In this document: positions 47,248 to 56,326 of the stretch, piece after piece
Layout of the letters: every line of letters begins with the position of its first letter
How positions within the stretch are numbered: position 1 is the first letter of the stretch
Translations under genes and position numbers: made by a program
Sequence record: MN642089.1
Strand: one strand, 5' to 3'
DNA from: Klebsiella phage N1M2
DNA length: 64,000 nt
The notes under the pieces: model-generated
What the model was told of the DNA's origin: nothing
The model's input: the letters and a program-made list of their open reading frames with translations, nothing else
Databases searched by the model: none

Positions 47248-48421
47248 ATATGAAGCCTGGTATATGGAACAGCTCAATAACATTATTGAGAACGGTCAGC
47301 GTCGTGGAGACCGTACAGGTACTGGTGTTATTTCATTACCTGATTTGGAATATCGTCATGATCTCCGTGAATCCTATCCGGTAACTTTCTCTCGTTGGTT
47401 TAACCTGCAGTTCCCTATCATCGAGATTCTCTGGATGATGTCTGGTGAATCAAACATCCAACGTCTGAAAGAAAATGGCTGTCCATTCTGGAATGGCTTT
47501 GCGGTTAAAGGTGACAAGATCGCACCAACCGAGCTTTCCATTACTGAGCGTCTGAAACTGCTGGCTAAAAAGCAGGGTGTCCCTTATGGTAAGGTTCTTC
47601 AAATCTTCGGTAGTGAGCGTCCTGAAGATATTACCATCGAACTGGACAAACAGCAGATTCCTAACACCCAGGATATGCTGATTGCTAAAGACGGTGATCT
47701 TGGTCCGGTGTACGGTGTTCAATGGCGACATTGGCCTAATCCGGATGGGACTACTTTCGATCAGCTGGTTTATGTATTGGAAACCCTCCGTAAAGATCCT
47801 GACAGCCGTCGTGTGGTCGTTGACTGTTGGAACCCAAGCTATCTACCTGATCCTAAGAAGAGTCCTGCAGAGAACGCTGTAGACGGTAAAATGGCATTGA
47901 CTCCTTGTCACTTCACTTTCGGTTTCTATACTTGGGAAATTCCTTTCCATGAACGTGTAGAAGAACTGAAGAAAGTTTGTAGTCGTCAGGAATGGATGTC
48001 AGTTTATCCAATCTATAAAGGTAGTGAGACAATGTTGAAGATCGATCACTTGATCGAGAAATACAATGTCCCTAAATACTATCTGGACCTTAAATACGTC
48101 ATGCGTAGTAATGACTGGATCTTGGGTCAACCGGCTAACATGAACATGTACTCTGCCATGTTGATGATGTTTGCGAAAGAACTGAATATGGTTCCTCGCT
48201 ATGTCAAATACACTGGTTGGGATGCGCATGTTTATACCAACCACCTGGAAGGCGCTGAAGAACTGAATAAACGTTGGGCTGAGAAGACTCACAAGTTCTC
48301 AACAATCAAGATGGATCTGGATACAGAACCAAAAGGTTTGTTCGGTTACCACCAAGATGACTTTAAGATCATCGGTAAGTATGAACCTATGGATCGTATT
48401 AAGTTCCCTATCGCCATCTAA
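47231..48421 (+). CDS. td: thymidylate synthase (ThyA family) with two large insertions, 396 aa
   Basis: DRTGTG, DLGPVYGVQWRHWPNPDG, DPDSRRVVV..WNP, ALTPCHFTFGFY (catalytic Cys), GWDAHVYTNH (Asn means dUMP-specific), C-terminal IKFPIAI. A ~60-aa insert lies in the small domain. A ~45-aa insert lies between FY and the Y.RS.D motif. Confidence 0.85.
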   Translation: MKTLNKYEAWYMEQLNNIIENGQRRGDRTGTGVISLPDLEYRHDLRESYPVTFSRWFNLQFPIIEILWMMSGESNIQRLKENGCPFWNGFAVKGDKIAPTELSITERLKLLAKKQGVPYGKVLQIFGSERPEDITIELDKQQIPNTQDMLIAKDGDLGPVYGVQWRHWPNPDGTTFDQLVYVLETLRKDPDSRRVVVDCWNPSYLPDPKKSPAENAVDGKMALTPCHFTFGFYTWEIPFHERVEELKKVCSRQEWMSVYPIYKGSETMLKIDHLIEKYNVPKYYLDLKYVMRSNDWILGQPANMNMYSAMLMMFAKELNMVPRYVKYTGWDAHVYTNHLEGAEELNKRWAEKTHKFSTIKMDLDTEPKGLFGYHQDDFKIIGKYEPMDRIKFPIAI

Positions 48422-48430
48422 ATAAACCAA

Positions 48431-48460
48431 GCTAGGGGCTCTTAGGAGCCTTTAGCTTTT
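48431..48460 (+). terminator. imperfect hairpin AAGCTAGGGGCTC-TTAG-GAGCCTTTAGCTT
   Basis: Sits after the td stop. Stem has an internal mismatch. Confidence 0.35.
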
Positions 48461-48500
48461 CAAGGTATACGTTTACCTACCCTACAAATAGGAAATCGTT

Positions 48501-48725
48501 ATGAACTTACCACAATGGGTTATAGAGGTTAATCAACATGCATTCCTGATAATGATCAGTTTCTCTTTCGCATTATCGTTCTTCTTCTGTTTTTCTGATC
48601 TCCATAAGTACACCAAGTTGAAATACATTGTTATCGACTTCGTGGGTTATGGGGTAATCTCAATCGGATCTATTATTGTCGTCTACACTCTGGTGATGAC
48701 CACTTTAATGAATCATTATTTATAA
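48501..48725 (+). CDS. small membrane protein
   Basis: 74 aa with two TM helices. Confidence 0.4.
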   Translation: MNLPQWVIEVNQHAFLIMISFSFALSFFFCFSDLHKYTKLKYIVIDFVGYGVISIGSIIVVYTLVMTTLMNHYL

Positions 48726-48735
48726 GGAATCAAAA

Positions 48736-49635
48736 ATGAAAAACGTTAACATTCAAATCAATTCTTTCGTTGGCGTAGCATCAATCCAAACCATGATCCG
48801 CCATGTAGGTACTGTAACTAAACAAAAGGTTCTTGAAGATTGTATTATCGATGGGATGGTCGGAACCAATACCTTTAATGCCCTTAACTTCATTGCTGGT
48901 TATGTGTTCGGCACTCGCCCGCATGTTCCACAAGGCATCGTTGGATTGGAAGATGGCATTCTCTCCGTCCAACGTTGGTATGAGGGAGTTAGAACTTCAA
49001 TGCCGCCACATCGCCAATCAGTATGGCCTCGTTTGGAATGTGATGGTGTTTGGGGAACCGATACATATATCGCATTTTCCAATATGGCCAATTTATATTG
49101 CGAATTGTTCATTGCTGCAAAATCTAAATCTGAAGGATTCGGATTAAGACGTCGTGATCCTTCCCGTCCATTTATTGATGGTCGTCCTATTGACTTAAAA
49201 CCTACCCAGCCAGAAATCTCTCTATCTCCAAGAGAGACAGTTCAGATGACCGGTCAGGAAGATGACCCAGAAACTCTCCAGGCTCTTGCTAACGCTATGG
49301 GTTGGGATAATCCAGTGATTACCCCTGCTCAACTGTTAGCTTCTCAGAATGGGTTTGAGGCGTTAATCACACGTCATGCTGGGACTAAAGAAACCCTGGG
49401 TATTCTTGTATACATGAAGCCTAGTCGTTTATCTCGTTTATATGACTTCAATATTGTTGGGTTATATGTGCGTGAAGGTTGTCGTGATGCCAGTATCGGA
49501 ACTTCTTTAGTTGGTCGTCTTAAAACAATTGCCGCCAATCAAGATAGTGATGTGAGTTTTACCCTTGCGAGTGTAGCAAGTAAATCTTCTCGCGTTGCTC
49601 AGTTCTTGAGCGGTATGAAGATCAATATGAAGTAA
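48736..49635 (+). CDS. protein with two peptidoglycan-binding-like repeats (DGxxGxxT) and an uncharacterised C-terminal domain
   Basis: IDGMVGTNTFNALNF and CDGVWGTDTYIAFSNM resemble PG_binding_1 cores. Confidence 0.5.
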   Translation: MKNVNIQINSFVGVASIQTMIRHVGTVTKQKVLEDCIIDGMVGTNTFNALNFIAGYVFGTRPHVPQGIVGLEDGILSVQRWYEGVRTSMPPHRQSVWPRLECDGVWGTDTYIAFSNMANLYCELFIAAKSKSEGFGLRRRDPSRPFIDGRPIDLKPTQPEISLSPRETVQMTGQEDDPETLQALANAMGWDNPVITPAQLLASQNGFEALITRHAGTKETLGILVYMKPSRLSRLYDFNIVGLYVREGCRDASIGTSLVGRLKTIAANQDSDVSFTLASVASKSSRVAQFLSGMKINMK

Positions 49636-49643
49636 ACCAATAA

Positions 49644-49671
49644 CCCTCTATTCCTTAACGGGAATAGAGGG
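49644..49671 (+). terminator. hairpin CCCTCTATTCC-TTAACG-GGAATAGAGGG
   Basis: Perfect 11-bp stem. Same TTAACGG loop as the hairpin at 10588. Confidence 0.6.
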
Positions 49672-49690
49672 GTTGGATTTCAGTTGTATT

Positions 49691-49720
49691 TCTTTTCAGA
49701 CATATATAATTAAAGTGTAT
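49691..49720 (+). promoter_or_regulatory. early promoter-like motif (TCTTTTCAGACATATATAATTAAAGTGTAT) with TTGTAT -35-like element
   Basis: TTGTAT, then 15 nt, then TATAAT. Motif family. Confidence 0.55.
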
Positions 49721-49775
49721 AAGACAATAAAGTTTTATACAACTTACACTAATCAACTTATAGAGAGATACAATC

Positions 49776-50126
49776 ATGGCTAACAACTTCGCAAACGTAG
49801 AACACTTCGCTGACCGTAACGTAGATGGTCTGGCATACATGAAAGATGTACTGGCTAACGTTATGGGTGCTAACACCAAATCTGAGAAAGCTGAAGAATT
49901 CGGTAGCTTCTCTATGGCTGCTATCAAAGCTATCGGCCGTAAAGCTTTTGGTGCTATCCCACTGTTCCGTACCAAACCACAGGTTAATGGCATCATGACC
50001 TTCCAGGTTTTCTTCAACGACTTCGCTGAAGCTAACAACCTGAACATCCGTCTGCGCACTACCGGTGTATGGGACGAAGCAACTCTCAATGCCTTCACCA
50101 TGATGGTAGAGAAATACAAAGCGTAA
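49776..50126 (+). CDS. hypothetical protein with C-terminal PG-binding-like TGVWDEATLNAF motif
   Basis: 116 aa. Confidence 0.5.
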   Translation: MANNFANVEHFADRNVDGLAYMKDVLANVMGANTKSEKAEEFGSFSMAAIKAIGRKAFGAIPLFRTKPQVNGIMTFQVFFNDFAEANNLNIRLRTTGVWDEATLNAFTMMVEKYKA

Positions 50127-50212
50127 TAATCGGCATCAACAGTATGGGGAATTTATCCTTGTACTGTTGATGCTATATTTAGTTAAACACTTTATTTTTG
50201 TCTGGAGAAATA

Positions 50213-50860
50213 ATGTCACCTAAATTAGTATTGGCGTTCGACATGGACGACACTCTTGTAGATACTTATGGTTTTATTTACAACCACATGTTGCAGTTCT
50301 ATACTGACCGTGGTATGGAAACCGAATTAAATTATATCATGGATATGCACGCCAAAGGTTTTAGTAGCTTAAGCTGGCGTAAAGATGAATCTGACGATGT
50401 GTTCTATCAGATCATCAAGAAACATACTTATATGGTTGATGCTAAACCAACCATGTTGCTCTCCAATGACTTCATCTCTATCTGTAATCGACTGATTGAA
50501 AGATATAAAGATGACGTTCAGTTTGTTATTTGTACACATCGTGGTTTTACAAGCCATGGGCAACCATTAACTGAAGAGTGGTTAGAGAAGTTTGAAGTCG
50601 ATCATATCTTCAAAACTGTTCATGCCCTGGATCGTAAAGAACATGCTAACAAAGTAGCGTTCTTGAAAGAACAATATCCTGGGTCTGAAATCCGTTTAGT
50701 TGACGATAACCCAATGCATGATGGTGAAACTGTTCATCCTTATATGCCTGAGTTAGTTATCTATGATAAGATTACTGCGTTACCGGGTTATGCTAATCAG
50801 CGTAAGTGGACCGGTAATCTTTCTTTCTTTAATATGTGCTACCAAATCCTTAAGGACTAA
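50213..50860 (+). CDS. HAD-superfamily hydrolase, 5'(3')-deoxyribonucleotidase-like (start moved to ATG 50213)
   Basis: Motif I FDMDDTL (DxDxT), motif II ICTHRG, C-terminal VDDNP acidic motif. RBS GGAGAAATAATG. Confidence 0.65.
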   Translation: MSPKLVLAFDMDDTLVDTYGFIYNHMLQFYTDRGMETELNYIMDMHAKGFSSLSWRKDESDDVFYQIIKKHTYMVDAKPTMLLSNDFISICNRLIERYKDDVQFVICTHRGFTSHGQPLTEEWLEKFEVDHIFKTVHALDRKEHANKVAFLKEQYPGSEIRLVDDNPMHDGETVHPYMPELVIYDKITALPGYANQRKWTGNLSFFNMCYQILKD

Positions 50861-50862
50861 TC

Positions 50863-51486
50863 ATGAATATTTCTACTACTTCTAAACTTTCTTCATTCAT
50901 CCACTATACCACTTACTCTATGATCGTTGCTGTTGACGAAGCGGGTGGTATCGGCATTGATAATAAATTACCTTGGCCTAAGTGCAAGGAAGATATGCAG
51001 TGGTTCCGTTCTCAGACTTTGGGTAAAATCATCGTCATGGGTCGTAAGACTTTTGAATCGATCGGATCCAAACCTCTCCCTGGTCGTATCAACATTGTTA
51101 TTGGTTCCAAACTGGAACCAGAAGTAGCTCGTACTTTTAATAAAGAAAATGAAGGTAACAAAGACGCAGGGTATCTGATGTTTGTTCCTTCTGTTTCTAA
51201 AGCTAAAGAAATGATTTCAATGACCGCTGGTACACTTCACAATGGTGGTGAAGTAATGGTCATCGGTGGTGCTTCCATTTATGAGGCATTCTGGAACGAC
51301 ATTGGTCGAGTCTACCTTACTACTTTCAAGGATACCTTTAATACTGACGTTAAGATCCACATGAATCTAAATCAATTTGAATTGGTTTATCGAGATGACC
51401 GTTCAGTGTTGGGTCCTAAGTTTGAAATCTATGATGCTCAACAAACCTTCCGTGTTGAACGTAAAGACACTTCCCGTTTTGCTTAA
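50863..51486 (+). CDS. frd: dihydrofolate reductase
   Basis: MIVAVDEAGGIGIDNKLPWP...VMGRKTFESIG...LPGRINIVI...VIGGASIYEAF. All are canonical DHFR motifs. Confidence 0.85.
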   Translation: MNISTTSKLSSFIHYTTYSMIVAVDEAGGIGIDNKLPWPKCKEDMQWFRSQTLGKIIVMGRKTFESIGSKPLPGRINIVIGSKLEPEVARTFNKENEGNKDAGYLMFVPSVSKAKEMISMTAGTLHNGGEVMVIGGASIYEAFWNDIGRVYLTTFKDTFNTDVKIHMNLNQFELVYRDDRSVLGPKFEIYDAQQTFRVERKDTSRFA

Positions 51487-51502
51487 TTGAGAGATAAAGT
51501 AA

Positions 51503-51757
51503 ATGTTTAAGATTCCGGCTGATATGATCGGTAAAGTTCGTGTTGGTGAAACTTTGGTTATTACCAAAATTGGTCATGGTAAAGCTTCTATCTGTGGAGA
51601 ACATGTGGTAGTTGAAGTTCCATCCAAAGATCGTAAATTGGGTGAACGGTTCTTTGCTACTGGTGATAACCGTTTAGTTAAACGACTAAGTTTGACTAAT
51701 GTCGTTTCAACCTGTAAAGAAACTCAGATTGTCTTTAAAGGCAAACGTATACAATAA
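51503..51757 (+). CDS. hypothetical small protein
   Basis: 84 aa. Confidence 0.45.
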   Translation: MFKIPADMIGKVRVGETLVITKIGHGKASICGEHVVVEVPSKDRKLGERFFATGDNRLVKRLSLTNVVSTCKETQIVFKGKRIQ

Positions 51758-51766
51758 CAACTAATA

Positions 51767-51790
51767 AAGGGGATGGGTAACTATCCCCTT
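51767..51790 (+). terminator. hairpin AAGGGGAT-GGGTAACT-ATCCCCTT
   Basis: 8-bp stem with an 8-nt loop. Weak. Confidence 0.3.
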
Positions 51791-51958
51791 AGGAGTAATG
51801 TCGTGCATTTCTTATTAGAGCTATTAGCACTATTCGTAGGTGCTATCGTTATGGGGTTCGTATCTTTCTTAGGGTATGAAGCATTTAAGTACTTGAAAAC
51901 CCGTGCGGTAAAATTTTTCAAACAGATATTATCTAAGTAGTAAAGTAGAAATAATAAA

Positions 51959-52618
51959 TTGGAGATGATGATGTCTGAACAAATAACTGCGTTAGATTCT
52001 AGAGAAGTTTATCCAATGGAAATCATTGGGGTGATCTCAGAACAATCTAATCCAGCAATCATGGCTAAGATTCGTGGGAACACTAAACGCTTACCGTATC
52101 ACATCTATACCAGTGGTCCAGGTGGTAATGTGGCAGCTGGGTTCGCGATAATGGACATATTAGGATCCATGGATGTGAATGTAGTTTATTTCATCCAGGG
52201 TTTCTGCGCATCGATGAATGCGTGCTTTGTTCAGGATCGTGATTTCCTGAGATTGTGCTATCCGCATACTCGATTCATGTTCCACAGTTCGATGTTGAAG
52301 TTAGAGGGGAATGAGGAAACTATCGATAACCTCTACAAGAACCTTAAGCTTTATGATTCTGAAATTATTCAGGTCGTGGCTGATGGTGTCGGAATGGAAT
52401 TCAAAGAAGCTAAACGGAAACTGTTCACCTATGATAAATTCTTTATGGGTAAGGATTTATTAAAGCTGGGCGAAAACGGTGCTGTAGATGGCATCATTCA
52501 AACTGATCTGGGTGACCATAAATATCTGTGTGAAACTCGCGATGGATTGAAAGTGATCGATACTTACATTCATCAACGTTCAGACATTAAAGAACTTCCA
52601 CTGTGGGTGAAATCGTGA
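51959..52618 (+). CDS. ClpP-like serine protease (S14 family homolog)
   Basis: HIYTSGPGGNVAAGFAIMDIL...IQGFCASMNACF...RFMFHSS aligns to ClpP YINSPGGVITAGMSIYDTM...MGQAASMGAFL...RVMIHQP (catalytic Ser and His conserved). Confidence 0.7.
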   Translation: MEMMMSEQITALDSREVYPMEIIGVISEQSNPAIMAKIRGNTKRLPYHIYTSGPGGNVAAGFAIMDILGSMDVNVVYFIQGFCASMNACFVQDRDFLRLCYPHTRFMFHSSMLKLEGNEETIDNLYKNLKLYDSEIIQVVADGVGMEFKEAKRKLFTYDKFFMGKDLLKLGENGAVDGIIQTDLGDHKYLCETRDGLKVIDTYIHQRSDIKELPLWVKS

Positions 52619-53037
52619 ATCAGTTACTATGGATATTCTTGGGTATGGGTTGTGGGATCTATATCTTAATAGGTCTCTGGGTATTAGGTAATTACTTCTG
52701 GTGCTTCGGGACGGCACAGAGTAATCCAACCACTAAAATTAAATTCATTAACACCCTTATCTCCATTGGTCTAATTCTGCTATGGCCATTCTTTTATCTG
52801 TGGTTAGGGTGTGTGATCATTTATGACTATATCCAACACCTCAAGACTAAGAAAAAGAAAGTTCGTCTTTATACTTGCATAGGTAAGGGCGGTCGTTATA
52901 AATGTTACGGAGAAACTATTGGAGCAGGTACATCCAAAGGTGAGTCCGTGGTTATCTATCAAGACATAGATAGCAAGAAACTATTCCATCGTACCAGAGA
53001 TGACTTTGATAAACGCATGAAGCTGCTTGATAAGTAA
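52603..53037 (+). CDS. membrane protein with 2 TM helices and a Cys-containing cytosolic tail
   Basis: LLWIFLGMGCGIYILIGLWVLG and LISIGLILLWPFFYLWLGCVII are the two TM segments. Confidence 0.4.
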   Translation: MGEIVNQLLWIFLGMGCGIYILIGLWVLGNYFWCFGTAQSNPTTKIKFINTLISIGLILLWPFFYLWLGCVIIYDYIQHLKTKKKKVRLYTCIGKGGRYKCYGETIGAGTSKGESVVIYQDIDSKKLFHRTRDDFDKRMKLLDK

Positions 53038-53085
53038 TCTGTAATAAACCAACCTCACTAACTTTAGAAAATAGGAATCAAGAAT

Positions 53086-54645
53086 ATGTCTTCCATCCTG
53101 ACTGAACAAACCTTCACCAATGCATCTGAAACTCGCCAGATCGTAGACGAAGTAATGAACAATGCATTTGAATCTGTATGTTCTACCATGGGACCGAATG
53201 GTCGTTATGTTGTAATCAATCAGCTGAATAAACCGAAGGTCACCAAAGATGGCGTGAGTGTAGCGAAAGCTCTGGATTTCGGTGAAGCTCGTCGTAACCT
53301 GATCGCTCAGATCATCACGGAGCCGTCAATCAAAACCGATAACGAAGTTGGTGATGGCACAACTACAACTGTGTTTATGACCAACCACCTGTATCGTGCA
53401 TTTGGTTCGCGCATGACTTTCCGTAATGTTCGTTATGTTGATAGCCTGATTCAACAAGTCCATGATTATATCGGGACATTGATTATCCCTGGTAATCTTC
53501 ACAGTGAAGAATTCCGTAACATGTTGATGACTTCTTCGAACTATGAAGAAGAGATTGTCGATAAAGTTCTGGAGATCTTCAAGTCTAACCAGAATCCAAA
53601 TATCACGCTGCAAAATACTCCGGCGCTTCCTAAGGATGAGATCGAGTTCACTAAAGAAATTAAATTCGATGGTGAATATGGTCAGAACAGTTATGCTCCG
53701 GCAAGTGGCGTTACTGTGGTCCCTACCGATAAAGCATATGTGGTGGTGGTTGATGGTAATGTACGCAGTATCCCTGCAGAGTTCCTTAGTCGTATGGCCT
53801 TTAAAGCTACTCAACATGCGGTCATTCTGATTGCTCGTAACTTTGATCCATCGGCAATGGCACAGATCAATAACGAGAACCAACGACTGGGTATTATGAA
53901 GTTCATCCCATATAAGGTTGCAGCGGCAGGTTCTTTGGGTACTGATACCATGAATGACCTGGGTAAGATTCTGGGACTGAGTCCAGTATTTGAACTGGGA
54001 AGTTATGATTATGATCGTGCTGTTACCAACCAGTTCGATATGTATCTGACAACCTCTGGTCTGCAGTTCGATAAAGACAATGCTGAGATGGAAGCCATCA
54101 CTGACGAGATCTTAGAAGGTCTGGATGTTCGTTGGGAAGCGCTCTCTATCGTAGAACGTCAAACTCCTGTCGGTCTGGCATTGGCACGTCGTATTGCTCG
54201 ACTGCGTGCAAACAACATTATCCTGAAAGTAACTGGGGTAACTCCAAGTGATGCAACTGAACGTTATTATCGCTATGAAGACGTTGTTAAAGCAGCGAAG
54301 ACTGGTTTGCAGTTTGGTGTGATTCCTGGTATTGGTTATGGCTATCTGATGGCATCTAACGTCATTGCTGCCTTGCCTGAACAATCTGATGAGGAGCTTG
54401 AGATCTGTCGTAAGAACTTGATCCAGGTATTATGTGCTCAATATGAACACTTAACTGGTCATGATTATACTGGCGGAACTCCTACCTTTATCGATCTGGT
54501 AACTGGGGAAGAATCTGATACACCTATGAATGTATTTGATAATGCCGCGGCTACTATGATTGCTCTTAAAGGTGCTTGGCAAACTGCCAAGACTTTGGGC
54601 AAGATCAGTAATGTAATGGGCCGTTCTAATAAGTCTTATGCATAA
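53086..54645 (+). CDS. GroEL-like chaperonin (Cpn60 family), 519 aa
   Basis: MGPNGRYVVI..KPKVTKDGVSVAKALDF..VGDGTTTTVF aligns to GroEL LGPKGRNVVL..APTITKDGVSVAREIEL..AGDGTTTATVL. Confidence 0.8.
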   Translation: MSSILTEQTFTNASETRQIVDEVMNNAFESVCSTMGPNGRYVVINQLNKPKVTKDGVSVAKALDFGEARRNLIAQIITEPSIKTDNEVGDGTTTTVFMTNHLYRAFGSRMTFRNVRYVDSLIQQVHDYIGTLIIPGNLHSEEFRNMLMTSSNYEEEIVDKVLEIFKSNQNPNITLQNTPALPKDEIEFTKEIKFDGEYGQNSYAPASGVTVVPTDKAYVVVVDGNVRSIPAEFLSRMAFKATQHAVILIARNFDPSAMAQINNENQRLGIMKFIPYKVAAAGSLGTDTMNDLGKILGLSPVFELGSYDYDRAVTNQFDMYLTTSGLQFDKDNAEMEAITDEILEGLDVRWEALSIVERQTPVGLALARRIARLRANNIILKVTGVTPSDATERYYRYEDVVKAAKTGLQFGVIPGIGYGYLMASNVIAALPEQSDEELEICRKNLIQVLCAQYEHLTGHDYTGGTPTFIDLVTGEESDTPMNVFDNAAATMIALKGAWQTAKTLGKISNVMGRSNKSYA

Positions 54646-54652
54646 CTAAGAT

Positions 54653-54677
54653 CGAGCTGAGGGTAACACCTCAGCTC
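54653..54677 (+). terminator. hairpin GAGCTGAGG-GTAACA-CCTCAGCTC followed by T9 run
   Basis: Perfect 9-10-bp stem, then cttatttttttttc. Confidence 0.7.
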
Positions 54678-54709
54678 GCTTAGACTCATTCTCCTTATTT
54701 TTTTTTCTT

Positions 54710-54955
54710 ATGAACAAATTAATTAAAGAAGAGTTAAAGAAACATTTAGAAAGTGGTGATTTCTGTGTAACCGTTTGTATTGGTGAAACGACCTTTCTAT
54801 GTTTTCCTTTATTACACTCTGTAGATATCTATAGGCTAGAAGGGAATCATCTAACCCACCATGAAAAGGAAATCAGCCCTGATCTCGATATAGATGAGAT
54901 AGAAACTTATTGCATCTATATAGAAGAACGGTGTCTAGCTGATAACAATAAGTAG
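54710..54955 (+). CDS. hypothetical small protein
   Basis: 81 aa. Confidence 0.4.
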   Translation: MNKLIKEELKKHLESGDFCVTVCIGETTFLCFPLLHSVDIYRLEGNHLTHHEKEISPDLDIDEIETYCIYIEERCLADNNK

Positions 54956-55005
54956 GAGATTTATCTCCCCTATAGTGGCTCTTTGATTTTCAGGAAGTAT
55001 GGAAT

Positions 55006-55287
55006 ATGATACTGAAAAGAATTACCACTGCGAAGGGCGAAGGTAGAAAACAATTAGTTAATTTAGACAACATGCTTGCAATTGCCTTTATGATAATTGT
55101 TTTAACTTATGCGCTATGCATTGACTATTATGTCTTTGCCTACTTTACTATGGGTTTGGTTGTGGGTCGCGTCGGAGAAATAATTTTTGAAGTGAAGCAC
55201 AATTTATTTGATAAACCTTTTTTACATTGCCTAGTACTTTTAGGGATTCCGGTTCAGTTAGCTTGGAATCACTTTATGCATAGTTAA
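55006..55287 (+). CDS. small membrane protein
   Basis: 93 aa with two TM helices. Confidence 0.4.
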   Translation: MILKRITTAKGEGRKQLVNLDNMLAIAFMIIVLTYALCIDYYVFAYFTMGLVVGRVGEIIFEVKHNLFDKPFLHCLVLLGIPVQLAWNHFMHS

Positions 55288-55303
55288 CGGAGTTAAAAAC
55301 ACA

Positions 55304-55888
55304 ATGTCCAGTTTGTACTTTTACCACAGTTCAATGAATGCGGGTAAATCAACAACATTGCTACAAGCCAACTACAACTATCATGAGCGCGGGATGAAGA
55401 CTCTTGTTCTTAAGCCAGCTATTGATACTCGTGAAGGCAAAGCTGTAATACGTTCACGTATCGGGCTTGAAGCTGAATGTGTCATGTTCGAAAAACATGA
55501 TAACCTATTCTGGGTCATCCAAAGCCTGATTGGATTAAAACCAAATCCACATTGCATTCTTATTGATGAAGCACAATTCCTAACCAAAGAGCAGGTCATT
55601 CAACTTTCAGAGATTGTTGATCAACTCGATGTTCCGGTATTGTGTTATGGGCTGCGGTCTGATTTCCAAGGGAACTTATTCCCAGGGTCGGCTGCGTTGT
55701 TTGCTTTAGCTGATAAACTCGAACGTGTCAAAACGATTTGTTGGTGTGGTAGAAGTGCTCACATGGTTTTGCGTCTTGACTCTGAAGGGAAAGTGGTACG
55801 TGAAGGTCAGCAAGTGGATGTAGGTGGGAATGATAAATACATTTCGGTTTGCCGCAAACACTTTAAGTCTGGTCAAACTCACGCTTGA
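55304..55888 (+). CDS. tk: thymidine kinase
   Basis: MSSLYFYHSSMNAGKSTTLLQ (P-loop), VLKPAIDTR, IDEAQFL, CWCGRSA...VCRKH (zinc ribbon). High similarity to T4 and E. coli Tdk. Confidence 0.9.
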   Translation: MSSLYFYHSSMNAGKSTTLLQANYNYHERGMKTLVLKPAIDTREGKAVIRSRIGLEAECVMFEKHDNLFWVIQSLIGLKPNPHCILIDEAQFLTKEQVIQLSEIVDQLDVPVLCYGLRSDFQGNLFPGSAALFALADKLERVKTICWCGRSAHMVLRLDSEGKVVREGQQVDVGGNDKYISVCRKHFKSGQTHA

Positions 55889-55900
55889 TTTTAGTTGTAT

Positions 55901-55930
55901 CTTATTTCAGACATATATCATTTAAGTGAA
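55901..55930 (+). promoter_or_regulatory. early promoter-like motif (CTTATTTCAGACATATATCATTTAAGTGAA) with TTGTAT -35-like element
   Basis: Motif family. Confidence 0.55.
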
Positions 55931-55978
55931 TATGAACAATAAAGTTCTTATACCTTAACTAATATAGAGAGAAATATC

Positions 55979-56326
55979 ATGACTACTATCAACGAAAACA
56001 TCATCAAACAAATGGACGCCATCCTGGACAATAAAGATCTGCCTAAAGAAGGTGATTACGTTAATCGTCATCGTAACATGATCGGTGCTTTGGCTGGCGC
56101 AGCAGTTGCTGTAGGTTTGGAAGTGGTTAGTCCAACTGGTTCTAAAACTTCTGCAGTAGTTGCAGCAGCGGTAAGCCTTGGTGCTACCTATGCAGCACGC
56201 AACATCATTGAGGCAGCTCCTCAGTCTAACATTACTGCAGCAACTGTAGCTGCCGGTACTTGTTATGCAGGGATGGTTGGTGGTCGTATTGCCGCTTGTT
56301 ATTTCCCAGGTAATGTAGGCGAATAA
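55979..56326 (+). CDS. Gly/Ala-rich glycine-zipper membrane protein
   Basis: GALAGAAVAVGLEVV...AAAVSLGATYAA...AATVAAGTCYAGMVGG. Confidence 0.5.
   Translation: MTTINENIIKQMDAILDNKDLPKEGDYVNRHRNMIGALAGAAVAVGLEVVSPTGSKTSAVVAAAVSLGATYAARNIIEAAPQSNITAATVAAGTCYAGMVGGRIAACYFPGNVGE

Noticed and set aside
47231-48421. Group I intron or intein in td, as in T4
   Set aside because: ORF is continuous and in-frame. The inserts lack intein blocks and there is no intron-like non-coding gap.
48833-49147. Overlapping alternative-frame ORFs inside the PG-binding gene (48833..49147 on plus, 48900..49112 on minus)
   Set aside because: Embedded in a better-supported longer ORF. Spurious.
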